From assembly GCA_963725865.1 (NCBI GenBank), contig CAVSAC010000014.1:1408001-1472000 (forward strand): a stretch of 64,000 nucleotides of DNA. Direction: 5' to 3'. The stretch comes from Candidatus Eiseniibacteriota bacterium. GTDB taxonomy: Bacteria > Eisenbacteria > RBG-16-71-46. Shown one piece after another: positions 51,006 to 61,581 of this stretch (positions are counted from its first letter, which is position 1; each line of letters begins with the position of its first letter). The notes under the pieces were generated by a model. The model was not told where the DNA came from, searched no databases, and worked only from the letters and a program-made list of their open reading frames with translations. The position numbers were made by a program, and so were the translations under genes.

Positions 51006-52424
51006 GTGAACGACCCTCTTCCGGCGCCTTCCCTCTCCACCGTCCTGCTCGTCACCGCCGTCCTGCTCGGAGGTGCCCGGAGCGCCGCGGCCGCCCCCGA
51101 GGTGCGCACGCTGTTCGTGCCCGAGCCCGCGGTCGTGGCGGCGGCCCCGCCACCGGCGATCGAGCCCTCGTACGTGCGGCTGCCGCTGACGGTGTCTCTG
51201 AGCCCGCTGCTCGCGCGGCTGGAGGAGACCATCCCGCGCCGGCTGGACACGGCGGGGCGTTACGAGGGGGATGAGGAGGGCGTGGAGCTCGCATACGACA
51301 TCCGCCGCGACCCGTTCGCGATCACCGCGCGCCACGACACGCTGCTGATCAGCGCTCCGGTCGCGTTCAGCGTCCGCGCACGCGCGCCGAAACTGGCGCC
51401 GATCTCCTGCGGCAGCGACGGCGCTCCCATGCGTGGACGGCTCGGCTGCATCACACGCGTGGGCTGGGGCGACGCGTGGCACCTCGATGCGCGGTCGCTG
51501 CCGCTGCCCATGACGTTCGAACGACACTGCGACCCCGAGCTGCAGGAGGTCGATCTGACCGAGGCGATCGGCGAGCGGATCGTCGCCGGCATGGTCACCC
51601 CCTTGTCGACCGTCGCCACCGCGGCGCTGCGCGAGGGCGGCGGGGCGCGCGCGACGATCGATGCGGCGTGGCGCGCGCTCGAGACCCCGAGTCGCATCGG
51701 GGGCGATCGGTGGTTCGGCTTCAGCCCGCGACGCGTGCTGGCGGGGTCGGTCGCCGCGCGCGGGGAGTCGCTCGTGACGGAGGTGGCGATCGAGGTCGCC
51801 GCGGGTATCACGTCCGCCCCGATCGACGAGGCGGCCCGGCCGCTCCCGGAGACGACCGTGCGGCTCTTCGGCGACGAGCTGGTGGTGCCGTTCGATTGCG
51901 AGGTGCCGCTCGACACGCTCGCGCGCGAGCTCGAGCAGGCGCTGGGCGACTCCGTCGCCCCGGCATCCGGCGGCCGCGTGCAGGTGCACGCGGTGCGGCT
52001 CGCGCCCGGCGGGGATCGCCTGCTCGTCACGCTCGAGCTGCAGGGCGCGCTCACGGGTCGCGTCCACCTGCTGGGGAGCCTGGAGTTCGAGCCGAACACC
52101 AGCCGCCTCACCCTGAAGGGCCTCGAGTGGACGCCCGAGACGAACGCCGCGCTCCGCGCGTTCGGCAGCGGCACGCCGGCCGCGCTCCGCGGCCAGCTCG
52201 AGAGCCTCCGCTCGCGCGCCCGCGCCGCGCTCCGCGTGGACTTCTCGCGTGAGGTCGCAGGCGTCGTCGGCCCGCTCGGCCGGCTGCTCAACCGGCCGCT
52301 CACCGACTCGCTCGCGATCGAGGGCGGGATCCACCAGCGACGTCCGCTCGGCACGTTCGTCACCGAGCGAACGCTGGGCGTGCGCATCGCCGCCACGGGA
52401 CGCGCGCGCATCGTAGTGCGCTGA
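51006..52424 (+). CDS. DUF4403-like secreted/periplasmic protein
   Basis: Signal peptide from GTG 51006. SYVRLPLTV..., YDIRRDPF and AWRALETP patterns. Confidence 0.6.
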   Translation: MNDPLPAPSLSTVLLVTAVLLGGARSAAAAPEVRTLFVPEPAVVAAAPPPAIEPSYVRLPLTVSLSPLLARLEETIPRRLDTAGRYEGDEEGVELAYDIRRDPFAITARHDTLLISAPVAFSVRARAPKLAPISCGSDGAPMRGRLGCITRVGWGDAWHLDARSLPLPMTFERHCDPELQEVDLTEAIGERIVAGMVTPLSTVATAALREGGGARATIDAAWRALETPSRIGGDRWFGFSPRRVLAGSVAARGESLVTEVAIEVAAGITSAPIDEAARPLPETTVRLFGDELVVPFDCEVPLDTLARELEQALGDSVAPASGGRVQVHAVRLAPGGDRLLVTLELQGALTGRVHLLGSLEFEPNTSRLTLKGLEWTPETNAALRAFGSGTPAALRGQLESLRSRARAALRVDFSREVAGVVGPLGRLLNRPLTDSLAIEGGIHQRRPLGTFVTERTLGVRIAATGRARIVVR

Positions 52425-52517
52425 GCCGGACGGGGCCCGCGCGCGTGGCCGCTGCCGCGCGACACGGTGTATCCTGATCGGGCCCTCCACCGTTTCGTTC
52501 GTCCGAGAGTGTCCGCC

Positions 52518-53210
52518 ATGACGTCGCCACCCCACGACATCGACGAGACCCTGGCGCTGGTGGCCGAGGGCCGCTACGCCATCGGCGCGGGCGGCGCCGT
52601 GTGCGGCGAAGAGCGCTGGCGCATGGCGGCCAATGCCGGCGGCATCGTGGTGACCGGCACGCAGACGACCGCGCCACCGCATCCGTTCCCCAACACGCAG
52701 ACGTGGCGCGCCACGCTCACGCGCGAGTGGCGCCCGGCCGCGCTCGCGATCGAGTGGCGCGTGGGCGAACGGCTGCTGCGTGCCACGCACCAGGTCGACG
52801 GCGCGCGCTGGCGGGCCCGCATCGAGTACCAGGGCCAGGTGAAGTCCCAGGAGGGCGACTACCCCGACTTCTGCGAGGTCGAGTATCCGTCGCACCTGTT
52901 CAACACGTTCATCCTCGCGCGGCGCGACTTCGCGATCGGCGGGGAACACGAGTTCCCGGTGCTGCGCATCGGGCCGCCGTGGATGGCCGTGACGCCCGAG
53001 CGGATGCTGATCCGCTGCGCGGAAAAGGCCACGTACGCCGCGCCGTGGGGCGCGGTGCCGGCCAAGCGCTACGTGCTCAGCCTGCCGCCGCGCCCGGAGT
53101 CCGAGGGCTACACGTTCTGGGCCGACGAGCACGACGTGGTGCTCGAGTCGTTCGAAGGTCCCGAGCCGGTGACGTCGTGGATGAAGCTCGTGGAGTACCG
53201 CCGCGCATAG
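52518..53210 (+). CDS. Hypothetical beta-rich protein (putative glycolipid-binding-domain-like)
   Basis: Clean ORF with host codon usage and a PSHLFNT motif. The family call is tentative. Confidence 0.6.
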   Translation: MTSPPHDIDETLALVAEGRYAIGAGGAVCGEERWRMAANAGGIVVTGTQTTAPPHPFPNTQTWRATLTREWRPAALAIEWRVGERLLRATHQVDGARWRARIEYQGQVKSQEGDYPDFCEVEYPSHLFNTFILARRDFAIGGEHEFPVLRIGPPWMAVTPERMLIRCAEKATYAAPWGAVPAKRYVLSLPPRPESEGYTFWADEHDVVLESFEGPEPVTSWMKLVEYRRA

Positions 53211-53302
53211 GCGGTGTCTGAAGACGTGCGAGGGCAAGGCGTCGCGGTCGCGCGGCGAGCGGGATCGTGGCCGTTGGGCCACGTCGGAGTGAGGAGGGTC
53301 GC

Positions 53303-54730
53303 ATGGGACTGCTGGTGCAGGACGGCACCGTCGTCACCGCCGACGGACGCTCGGTGAGCGACGTGTACTGCGAGGACGGCCGCATCGCCGCGGTCGGCGC
53401 GCGCCTCGAGCCGCGCGGCCCGGGCGACGAGGTGATCGACGCCGCGGGCGCCTACGTGTTCCCCGGGTTCGTGGACCCACACGTGCACCTCGACCTGGCC
53501 GTCGGCGCGATCCGCACCGCCGACGACTTCGAGAACGGCACCGCCTCCGCGGTGGCGGGCGGCACCACCTGCGTGATCGACTTCGTGACGCCCGCGCGCG
53601 GGCAGTCGCTGCTGGAGGCGCTCGCCGAGCGCCGCGCCGAGGGCGCGCCGGCGGTGTGCGACTGGGCGCTGCACATGTCGGTGATCGAATGGGGCGAGCG
53701 CACCGCCGAGGAGATGGCACGCGTGGTCGCCGAAGGCGTGACGTCGTTCAAGGTCTACCTCGCGTACAAGGGGAGCCTGCAGATCGACGACAGCGGGCTC
53801 TACGAGGTGATGAAGCGCGCCGCCGCGCTCGATGGCGTGGTGCTGGTGCACGCCGAGAACGGCGACGCGGTCGCGGCGCTCCAGCGCGACCTGATCGCGG
53901 CCGGCGACACCGGGCCCGAGTTCCATCCCGTCTCGCGACCGCCCGCGGTCGAGGCGGAGGCCACCGCTCGCGCGCTCATGATGGCGCGGCTGCACGGCAC
54001 CGCGATCTACGTCGTGCACATGACCTGCCACGAGGCGGTCGAGGCGCTCGCGCGCGCGAAGCAGCGCGGCCAGCGCTGCTTTGGCGAGACCTGTCCACAG
54101 TACCTTCTGCTCGACGATCGGGTGTTCCTCAAGCCCGACTTCGAAGGCGCGAGCTACGTGCTGAGTCCCGCGATCCGTCCGATCGGCCAGGGCCATCACG
54201 AGGCGCTGTGGGCCGCTCTCGCGAGCGGCGTGCTCGACACCGTCGCCACCGACCACTGCCCGTTCCTCTTCGAGCACAAGCAGCTCGGCCTCGGCGACTT
54301 CACGAAGATCCCGAACGGCGGACCCGGGATCGAGGATCGGCCGGTGCTGATGCACACGCACGGCGTCGACTCGCGGCGCCTGACGCTCGAGCGCATGGTG
54401 GCGCTGATGAGCACGAACCCCGCGCGCATCTTCGGGCTCTACCCGCGCAAGGGCGCGATCGCCGTCGGCTCCGATGCCGACCTGGTGGTGTGGGACCCCG
54501 CCGCCACCGGCACGCGCAGCGCGCGCACGCACCACTCGCGCGCCGATCGCAACCTGTACGAGGGGCTCGTCACGCGTGGAGCGCCCGCGCGGGTGATCGT
54601 GGGCGGACGCGTGGTGGTCGCCGATGGCCTGCTCGACGTCACGCGCGGCGCGGGCCGCTTCCTCGCGCGCCAGCCCGGGCGCCACGCCACGCAGGCCGCC
54701 GGCACGGTCGAGATGGGGCGGATCGGGTAG
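53303..54730 (+). CDS. hydA: Dihydropyrimidinase / D-hydantoinase
   Basis: PGFVDPHVH, GVTSFKVYLAY, VHAENG, ETCPQYL, TDHCPF and KIPNG. Confidence 0.94.
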   Translation: MGLLVQDGTVVTADGRSVSDVYCEDGRIAAVGARLEPRGPGDEVIDAAGAYVFPGFVDPHVHLDLAVGAIRTADDFENGTASAVAGGTTCVIDFVTPARGQSLLEALAERRAEGAPAVCDWALHMSVIEWGERTAEEMARVVAEGVTSFKVYLAYKGSLQIDDSGLYEVMKRAAALDGVVLVHAENGDAVAALQRDLIAAGDTGPEFHPVSRPPAVEAEATARALMMARLHGTAIYVVHMTCHEAVEALARAKQRGQRCFGETCPQYLLLDDRVFLKPDFEGASYVLSPAIRPIGQGHHEALWAALASGVLDTVATDHCPFLFEHKQLGLGDFTKIPNGGPGIEDRPVLMHTHGVDSRRLTLERMVALMSTNPARIFGLYPRKGAIAVGSDADLVVWDPAATGTRSARTHHSRADRNLYEGLVTRGAPARVIVGGRVVVADGLLDVTRGAGRFLARQPGRHATQAAGTVEMGRIG

Positions 54731-54897
54731 GTGAAACCCGAGCCGCCAGGCGCATTGGAGTCAGCTCGGCGAGTCGCTTCCTGCGCTGGTGGCCGAGAGT
54801 GGGTAGGCATGCGAGCGTCGTTGCCATGCAACGGTGCGCGCGGCTGAGCGGTGCGGCGGGGGGTGGCGAGGCTGACTGTTCTGGAGGAGTCGAGTCG

Positions 54898-55518
54898 ATG
54901 AACTGGCAATGTGCCGCAACGCCGGTGGTCGTAGCGCTCATGATGTCGGTGGCTGGCGGACCGCCAGCCGCTGGAACCGGCCGCGTCGATCACAAGGCGC
55001 TCGGTGGAGGCTGGATCGTTGTGTTCGGCAAGGGCGTCAGCGTGCGAGTTACTGACCCTCTCGACAGGATCACCGAGTGGAACGGGAACAGCATGTCCTG
55101 CGGGATTCCGAGGTGTGCCGCCGTCGGTGAGGAGCCAGTGGCCGAGGAGGAGGACTCGCAGGAAGACAAGGGCCCGGAAACCCTGTTCACGCTCTCCCGG
55201 CTGACACCTGGCGAGTACAGAATCGATATCAAGGCTCGCCAGGATGTCGATGTGCACCTGTTGGTGCACCGCCACTCGAACCTCTTCTTGGGCCGAGACT
55301 CGATCAAGAACCCAACAGCATCCGCAGACTCTCGCGCGAGGCTCCGCAAGGGGCAGCGCGCGGCCTGGAGGCTCAACTGGGGATGCACGGAGGCGTCCGA
55401 TACCTGCTGGGCCGTTCTCAGGCCAGGTCAAGGGTCCGCGGACAAAGGTCGTCGGCCGCTGGTCGTCGGGACTTCTAGAGCAGCGTCTCTAGCAGGCGGC
55501 CTCGCACGCCTCAGATGA
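54898..55518 (+). CDS. Hypothetical secreted protein with atypical (lower GC) codon usage
   Basis: GGAGGAG RBS before ATG 54898 and a signal-like N-terminus. Confidence 0.55.
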   Translation: MNWQCAATPVVVALMMSVAGGPPAAGTGRVDHKALGGGWIVVFGKGVSVRVTDPLDRITEWNGNSMSCGIPRCAAVGEEPVAEEEDSQEDKGPETLFTLSRLTPGEYRIDIKARQDVDVHLLVHRHSNLFLGRDSIKNPTASADSRARLRKGQRAAWRLNWGCTEASDTCWAVLRPGQGSADKGRRPLVVGTSRAASLAGGLARLR

Positions 55519-55627
55519 GCGTGCGAGTTTGCCATCGCAGGGCGAAATCGCGAGCGCTTAGTCCCCTGCGCGTGCTACGCAGGCCGCGCAACGCGGCCAG
55601 CGAGTTCCTCATCCGCAGCTCGATGCC

Positions 55628-57032
55628 TCAGACCGCAGTGCTCGGGGCGTGCACGGCCCTGCGCGAACGGTGGGGCGCCAGACTCCTGAGCGCCACGCGC
55701 ACTCGGGCCTCGAGCGGAGTGTCGTCGGGCATCTCGGCGCACGGCGCCGCCGCGCTGCGCGCGTCCTCGACGTTGACCCCAAGGGCACGGAGCCATGGGA
55801 TGACCTCATCCGCGCGTGCCCGAGCGGCGACGGCGCGTTCGCGCTCGAGCGACTGCGCGGCCTCGCGTGCCAGAGCAGCCTCGCGAGCCCGGGCCTCTGC
55901 TTCCGACTGCCAGGCGCTTCGCGTGACCGCCGCCCGGCGACGTGACTCCTCGCGCTTGTGAGTCATGAAGCCAACTCCGAACGCGCGTTCGGCCGTGTAC
56001 TGGTTGTGGGCTCGACACCGCAGTCGGAGCCCTCCGAGCGTCGCCTGCCCGCCTCGCGCGAACGGCTCGACGTGGTCGAACTCAAGCCGCGTTCTCGCCT
56101 CGCAGCGGTGCCCCGTGTCGCCCACGAACGTGCACCGGCCTCCGTCGCGCTGCCAAACAGCGCGTCGGATCTCTGCGGGCACGTACCGACTGTCCTCCGC
56201 GCGGCGCTGGCGAACCGGGCGCGTGCGAGTGGTGGGGGCGAAGCGGTTCTGCTCGAGCTTGGCGATCAGCGCGTCGAGGGCGCGGTCCAACACCTGCGCG
56301 AGGTCGCCGTCGGGCAGCGCATGCGCGAGCATGCGCCCGGGCGTAGCGCAGCTTGTCGTGGGTGCCCTGAGCGATGGTGAGCTGCAGCGCGAACCGCCCG
56401 GGCGATAGGGGAGACAGCTTCGCGCGCAGCGTATCGGGCTGAAGATGCCCCGGGGCGTGTTGAGCGCCGGCGACTTCGGCTGGCGTCATCGGCCGGTTCG
56501 CCACCGAGTGCACCCGCGGGCTCCGGCGCGTGTCCAGAAGCGGTCACGTGAACACGCCCCGGGGCGTGTTCGTTGCTCCGATTTCACATGGGGCGAGCGG
56601 CTGCAGCAGGGTCGCCACGTCCGGCCGCGGGAAGCGCTCGGCCAGCAGTCGCTCGAGCTCGGCCTTGGACTTCTTCGCCGCGGCGGCCAGCAACTCGTCG
56701 GCATTGTCGCGGGCCGAGGTGCGGCGCCAGCAGCACCACCGCGCTCAGATGCAGCCGGCCGTCGGCCAGCATCGGGAAAGATGGCCGGGAACCGCCGCGC
56801 GACGCGGGCGGCGTGAATGCGCTTGAATGCTGCTTCTTCCGACAGCTTCAGCTCACTCACGCACCAGGCGAACATCGAGGGATACGCCGCGGGCAGGTAG
56901 AGCTTGCGGGCATCGACCTCGGCGAGATGCGCGAGCAGCGCGGCGGTGGTAGTGCGATCCTGAGCGACGAGGGTGTTGAGGTCATGCAGCGAACGCGTGG
57001 TCCGACAGATGCGACAGCAAGTAGGACTTCAT
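55628..57032 (-). pseudogene. DUF222-like / HNH endonuclease gene broken by multiple frameshifts
   Basis: Fragments across frames: MKSYLLSHLSDH, LVAQDRTTTAALLAHLAEVDARKLYLPAAYPSMFAWC, LADGRLHLSAVVLLAPHL, PLSPGRFALQLTI, and RRAVWQRDGGRCTF...LEFDHVEPFARGG...LRLRCRAHN. Confidence 0.85.
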
Positions 57033-57716
57033 GGCGAGACTCCGCGGCGGGGGCAGAGTCGCGGGGGGCACTCTCTACTTCTAGCATGCGCGTTCGTGAC
57101 GCGCCTGCTCGCCCGCAGCGCGAGCAACGCGCGGCGGCACGAGAGCCAACCGCCTCGCAGCGCTGCGAATGACCTCAGCGCGCGCATCCTGCGCGCGCAC
57201 GCGCGCGGCTACAGCACGAGCGACGGCTCGCGCACGCCAGGGTCCGCGCGGCGTCGCGGTCGCGGGTCAGACGAGCCTGGTCAGAGCGGAATCGCGGTTG
57301 TCCAATGCGATCCGCGTCGCCGCCCAGCGTGCATGTACATTGATGGTCGAGCGCGTGAAAAGTGCAGCGTGTCAGCGGTCGGCGGGATCCACGCGTGCGA
57401 TCCCCAGACACGCAATGACCGACCCGGCGGCGTGGCGCCGGCCGTTCTATCGCGTCGCCGCCCAGGCCTCCACGTGTCGCGGCCCGCGGGGACCGATGGA
57501 GCTCGCGCGATTCCGGGTAGACGCACTCCTGCCGTCCCCCTCCCGGGCGGCCCTGACGATTCGCCGCCCACGCCCCGCGCGCCCCGCCATCTGCTCGCCC
57601 CTGCGCCGCGTACCTGCCGCGGGGGCTCATGCGGACATTCGCCTGTTCGCTCTCCGGGGTCCGGACGTACGAAACCTGCACGGGCCGCCTGCAACCATCT
57701 CAGAAGGAGAATCAAG

Positions 57717-58496
57717 ATGCTCGGCAGGTTCCTCGCGCTTCTCTACGGTGTCGTGTCGTACCTCGCGTTCCTGGTCAGCTTCACCTACGCCATCGGCTTC
57801 GTCGGCAATTTCGTCGTTCCGCACTCGATCGACTCCACGCCGGTCGGGTCGCCCGGAGCGTCGCTGCTGATCGATCTGGCGCTGCTGGCGCTGTTCGCCG
57901 TCCAGCACTCGGTCATGGCCCGTCCCGCGTTCAAGCGCGCGTGGACGAAGGTGATCCCGAGTGTCATCGAGCGCAGCACGTTCGTGCTCGCCGCCAGCCT
58001 GGCGCTGGGAGCGCTGCTCTGGCAATGGCGGCCGCTCGGCGGTGTGGTGTGGAACGTGGGCCCGGACGGGCTGCGCATGGCGCTCTACGTCGTGTGCGCG
58101 TGCGGGTGGCTGACCGTGTTCGTGGCCACGCTGCTCATCGACCACTTCGAGCTGTTCGGCATCCGCCAGGTGTGGAACTACTGGCGCGGCGTCGAGCCGA
58201 GCAAGCCGCACTTCGTGACGCCCGGCTTCTACAGGTTCGTTCGCCACCCACTGTACCTGGGCTTCCTGCTCGCGTTCTGGTCGACGCCGACCATGACCGT
58301 GGCGCACCTGGTGTTCGCGGTCATGACCACCGGCTACATCCTGGTCGCGATCCAGCTCGAGGAGCGCGACCTGATCGGCGTGCACAAGGAGTACGCGCAG
58401 TATCGCCGCCAGGTGCCGATGCTGGTGCCGGGTCTGGGCATGAAGGGCGAGATCGAGTCGCCCCGCGTGGCCGATCGCGCGGACGCCACGAGCTGA
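57717..58496 (+). CDS. mddA: Methanethiol S-methyltransferase (isoprenylcysteine carboxyl methyltransferase family)
   Basis: AAGGAG RBS. YAIGFVGN, FAVQHSVMARPAFK, IERSTFVL, WQWRP, HFELFG, VRHPLYLGF and LEERDL. Confidence 0.88.
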   Translation: MLGRFLALLYGVVSYLAFLVSFTYAIGFVGNFVVPHSIDSTPVGSPGASLLIDLALLALFAVQHSVMARPAFKRAWTKVIPSVIERSTFVLAASLALGALLWQWRPLGGVVWNVGPDGLRMALYVVCACGWLTVFVATLLIDHFELFGIRQVWNYWRGVEPSKPHFVTPGFYRFVRHPLYLGFLLAFWSTPTMTVAHLVFAVMTTGYILVAIQLEERDLIGVHKEYAQYRRQVPMLVPGLGMKGEIESPRVADRADATS

Positions 58497-58784
58497 AGGA
58501 GCCGCGTACGCCGGACAGGGGCTTGCGGGCGCGAGGAGGGCGGGACTAACGTGCTCCCGGGGGCTCGACCCGCGCGACAATCCCTCCCCCGATTCGGGAG
58601 CTTGGCATGTCTGGCCGCAGACGACCTCTCCGTCTTCGGGTGGCACTGGCGTTTGCGCTCGCCCTCTCGTCCATCACGCTGGATTCCCAGGCCGCGTCGT
58701 GGGCAGAGTGACGCGTGAGGTGTGGAATGGACTCGGAGTCGCGCTGTCGATCCAGTTCCAGCAGTGGGGTCGCCGGGGGGGAGC

Positions 58785-59968
58785 GTGCTGGAAACCTCGA
58801 AGTGTCCGAACGAGCGCCGTCGTGCGCGGCTGTGTCTCGCCCCGTTCCTGGTCCTTCTTCTATCGGGGATCGTGGGCACGGCGCTCGCGAACGCCCCCGA
58901 GGTCCAGAACTTCGGCAGCGCGATCTACCCGGTTGGCAGCCGAGACATCCAGCTCGTCTCTGAAGTCGTGGACATTCGGCTACGCGAGGCTCCATCGAAT
59001 AACGACGAGGCGCAGCCGAACGCGACCTGTACGTACCAGCTCCGCAACCTGGCCGATTCGACCCGACATGTCTCGATGGCGTTCGTGCTCGGCGGTCCGG
59101 AATCGGATTCCCCCGATGAGCCACGTTGGCGGGTCGCCGTACGAGCCTTCCGGGTGACCCAGGACGGCGAGCCTCGGGCAGTGCGCTTCATGCTGGATTC
59201 GCTTCACGTCTTCCGAGACGAATACTCGGCCGATGCGGACTCGTTCCCTGCGTGGGACTGGTCATTCCACCACGCGCGACGACCACCGTGGCGATGGTCT
59301 ACGCGGTGTACTGGGGCGGCGGGTGCGAGGACGAGTGCTGGAGCTACTTCCGCTACTACGCACGACCGGCCGCCCTGTGGGCGGGGCACATCGAACGGGC
59401 GTCGTTTCGCCTCCATCTGGGAGACGAGGCCTTCGTCCGCAGGCTGCGGCGCCCGGGCGCCCCTTGGTCCATGGGCGCCGAGCCGAGCGGCTATCGATGG
59501 ATGGCGGATGGCGTGAGCTGGGAGTTCCACGACTGGGAGCCCGATTCCGATCTGGTCGTGGAGATTAGATTTCCCGGGACGACTGCCTACGACGGCGGCC
59601 TCGCGTGGAGTCCATGGACGCCCGATTCGCTCGTGGCGATGCCGCCTGTCACGACAGGACTCGATCGAGTGCCGGAAGTCGTGTCGGGTGATTGCGCGGC
59701 GTACCTGGCCGCATGCAGGGAAACACCGACCAAGGAGCGACGGCCATGGGCCTTCCGACTCCGCGCCCACGTCATGGCGAACGGCCGATGTGATCAAGTG
59801 CGCTACCCGGATCCGCCAGACGAGCTGATCACTGACAACGGGAAGCGGTGCCGGCTCTACAAGGCGGCGGCGTGCGTGGGGCAATGGCGCTTCCGCCCGG
59901 CGATGAAAGCGGGGCGCGCTGTCGACGCGTGGATCGATCTGAGGATGGAGGCCGCAGGCGGGGAGTGA
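58785..59968 (+). CDS. Secreted hypothetical protein (DUF4424-like N-part, TonB-C-like end); frameshift near 59257
   Basis: Signal-like LCLAPFLVLLL...ALAN. The second frame continues YFRYYARPAALWAG.I...WEPDSDL and QWRFRPAMKAG. Start is uncertain. Confidence 0.6.
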
Positions 59969-60059
59969 AAGAAGGGCGCGGATTGAGTGCGTGATCCTCA
60001 GGCGCGCGCGTACATGTGGGCATCAGCTTCTTCACCCGCCTCTCGCGCCTCCGCTGAAT

Positions 60060-61380
60060 TCACTCCCCCACGCGCGGCGCCGCGTACGTCTCGCTGCCCT
60101 GCGTCCAGTCGATGCGCTCGAGCTTCCCGTCGGCGCCCGCCACGCCGCGGATGATCCCGTAGTCGCGAGGCGAGAACAGCGCGCCGTCGCGCGTCGGCAG
60201 CAGCAGCCAGTCGTTCGAGTAGAGCGCGCCGTCGTGCACGCGCAGCGGCAGCCGCGGGCCGTCGGGGATCTGGTAGGTGCCGACCCAGTACCGCATCTCC
60301 TCGGCCGTGAGCGGCGCGTCGCGCAAGGCGGGCAGCGCCGGAGTTGCGCACGACCTGCCCGCTCGCGAGCCGCACGATGTCGCGCTTGAGTGCGTCCGAT
60401 GCGCCGCCCGCGAGATTGCCCAGGAAGATCGCCTCCACGCCGCTGGTGCTGTCCCACAGCGCCCACGCCTTGAATCCGCCGGTGCGCCCGTTGAAGTCGA
60501 GATGCCCGCCGCGCACAAACGACTGCTGCGGCCCGGCGCCGAGCTTGCCGGCGACCACGGCGACGACGAAGCGATGCAGATCGCGCGCGGTGGACCACAC
60601 CGAGCCGGCGCCGATCAGCGCCGAGAAGTCCTCGAGCGGAGCGTTCTGCAGGCCGTGGACGCCCGGCACGTAGCCCTGCGCGCGGCCGGGCATCAGCCTG
60701 CGGCTATCGGCGTCGGTGGTGTGCGTCATGCCGAGCGGGCCGAACAGGTGCTGCTCGAGCAGCTGCTGATAGGTGCGCCCGCTTGCCAGCTCCAGCACGC
60801 GCGCGAGCACCTCGTAGCCGCCCGAGCTGTAGTTGCCCCGCGAGCCGGGGGAGAAGTCGAGCGGCAGCCGCGCGGCGCGCGCGACCACTTCGGCGCTGGT
60901 GAACGGATGCGTCCGCTCGCTGTCGGGGATGGTCTCGTGCGGGATCCCCGAGCGATGGCGCAGCAGGTGTTCGACCCGGATCGAGTCCGCCTTCGGGAAG
61001 TCCGGCAGCCAGCGCGCGATGGTATCGCTCACCCCGAGCGTGCCGGCCTCGATCAGGTGGATCGCGATCACCGCCGTCATCGGCTTGGTGACCGACGCGA
61101 TGTTGAAGCGCGTCTCGGGCGTGACGGGCGCGCGCAGCTCGGCGTTCGCGTACCCGTACGAGCGCTCCGCCACCACGCGGCCATCGCGCAGCACCAGCAA
61201 TTGGCCGGACAGGTCTCCACGCGCGACGAGCGGTTGAGTGTACGCGTCGATCGCGCGCGCGGCGGCGCGGTCGGCGGCGGAAGTCGGCGCGGGCGCCGCG
61301 GCGGCCGCGACGGCGGGAGCCGACGGCGCCGCGAGCACGAGGCACAACGCGACTACGGTCAAGGTCAACGCTGGACGCAT
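60060..61380 (-). CDS. Serine hydrolase, beta-lactamase (class C-like) family; frameshift near 60345
   Basis: Signal peptide, FNIASVTK (SxxK), LLRHRSG, YSS and PLGMTHT. The C-terminal domain continues in another frame. Confidence 0.85.
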
Positions 61381-61581
61381 GGGGCTCCTCGACGGGGGAG
61401 AGCGGGAAGTGCGGCGACGCGCTCCCGTGTCGCATGCGTGCGCGGCGGGCTCAACGATCGCGGGACGAACGGGAGCGGATCGCCTACCGGCGCGGCACCA
61501 GAGGCGACGTTCGGCGAGACGACCGAGCCGGCCAGGCGATGGCGCCCAGCCGGCTCGTGACACTCGTATGTGAAGGCAGGT

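Noticed and set aside
55628..57032. IscB/Cas9-like RNA-guided nuclease
   Set aside because: No RuvC motifs or PLMP N-terminus are recognisable, only an HNH domain with a DUF222-like N-terminal region.
60060..61380. Antibiotic-resistance beta-lactamase
   Set aside because: It is a generic serine hydrolase family member. The sequence alone does not support beta-lactam hydrolysis.
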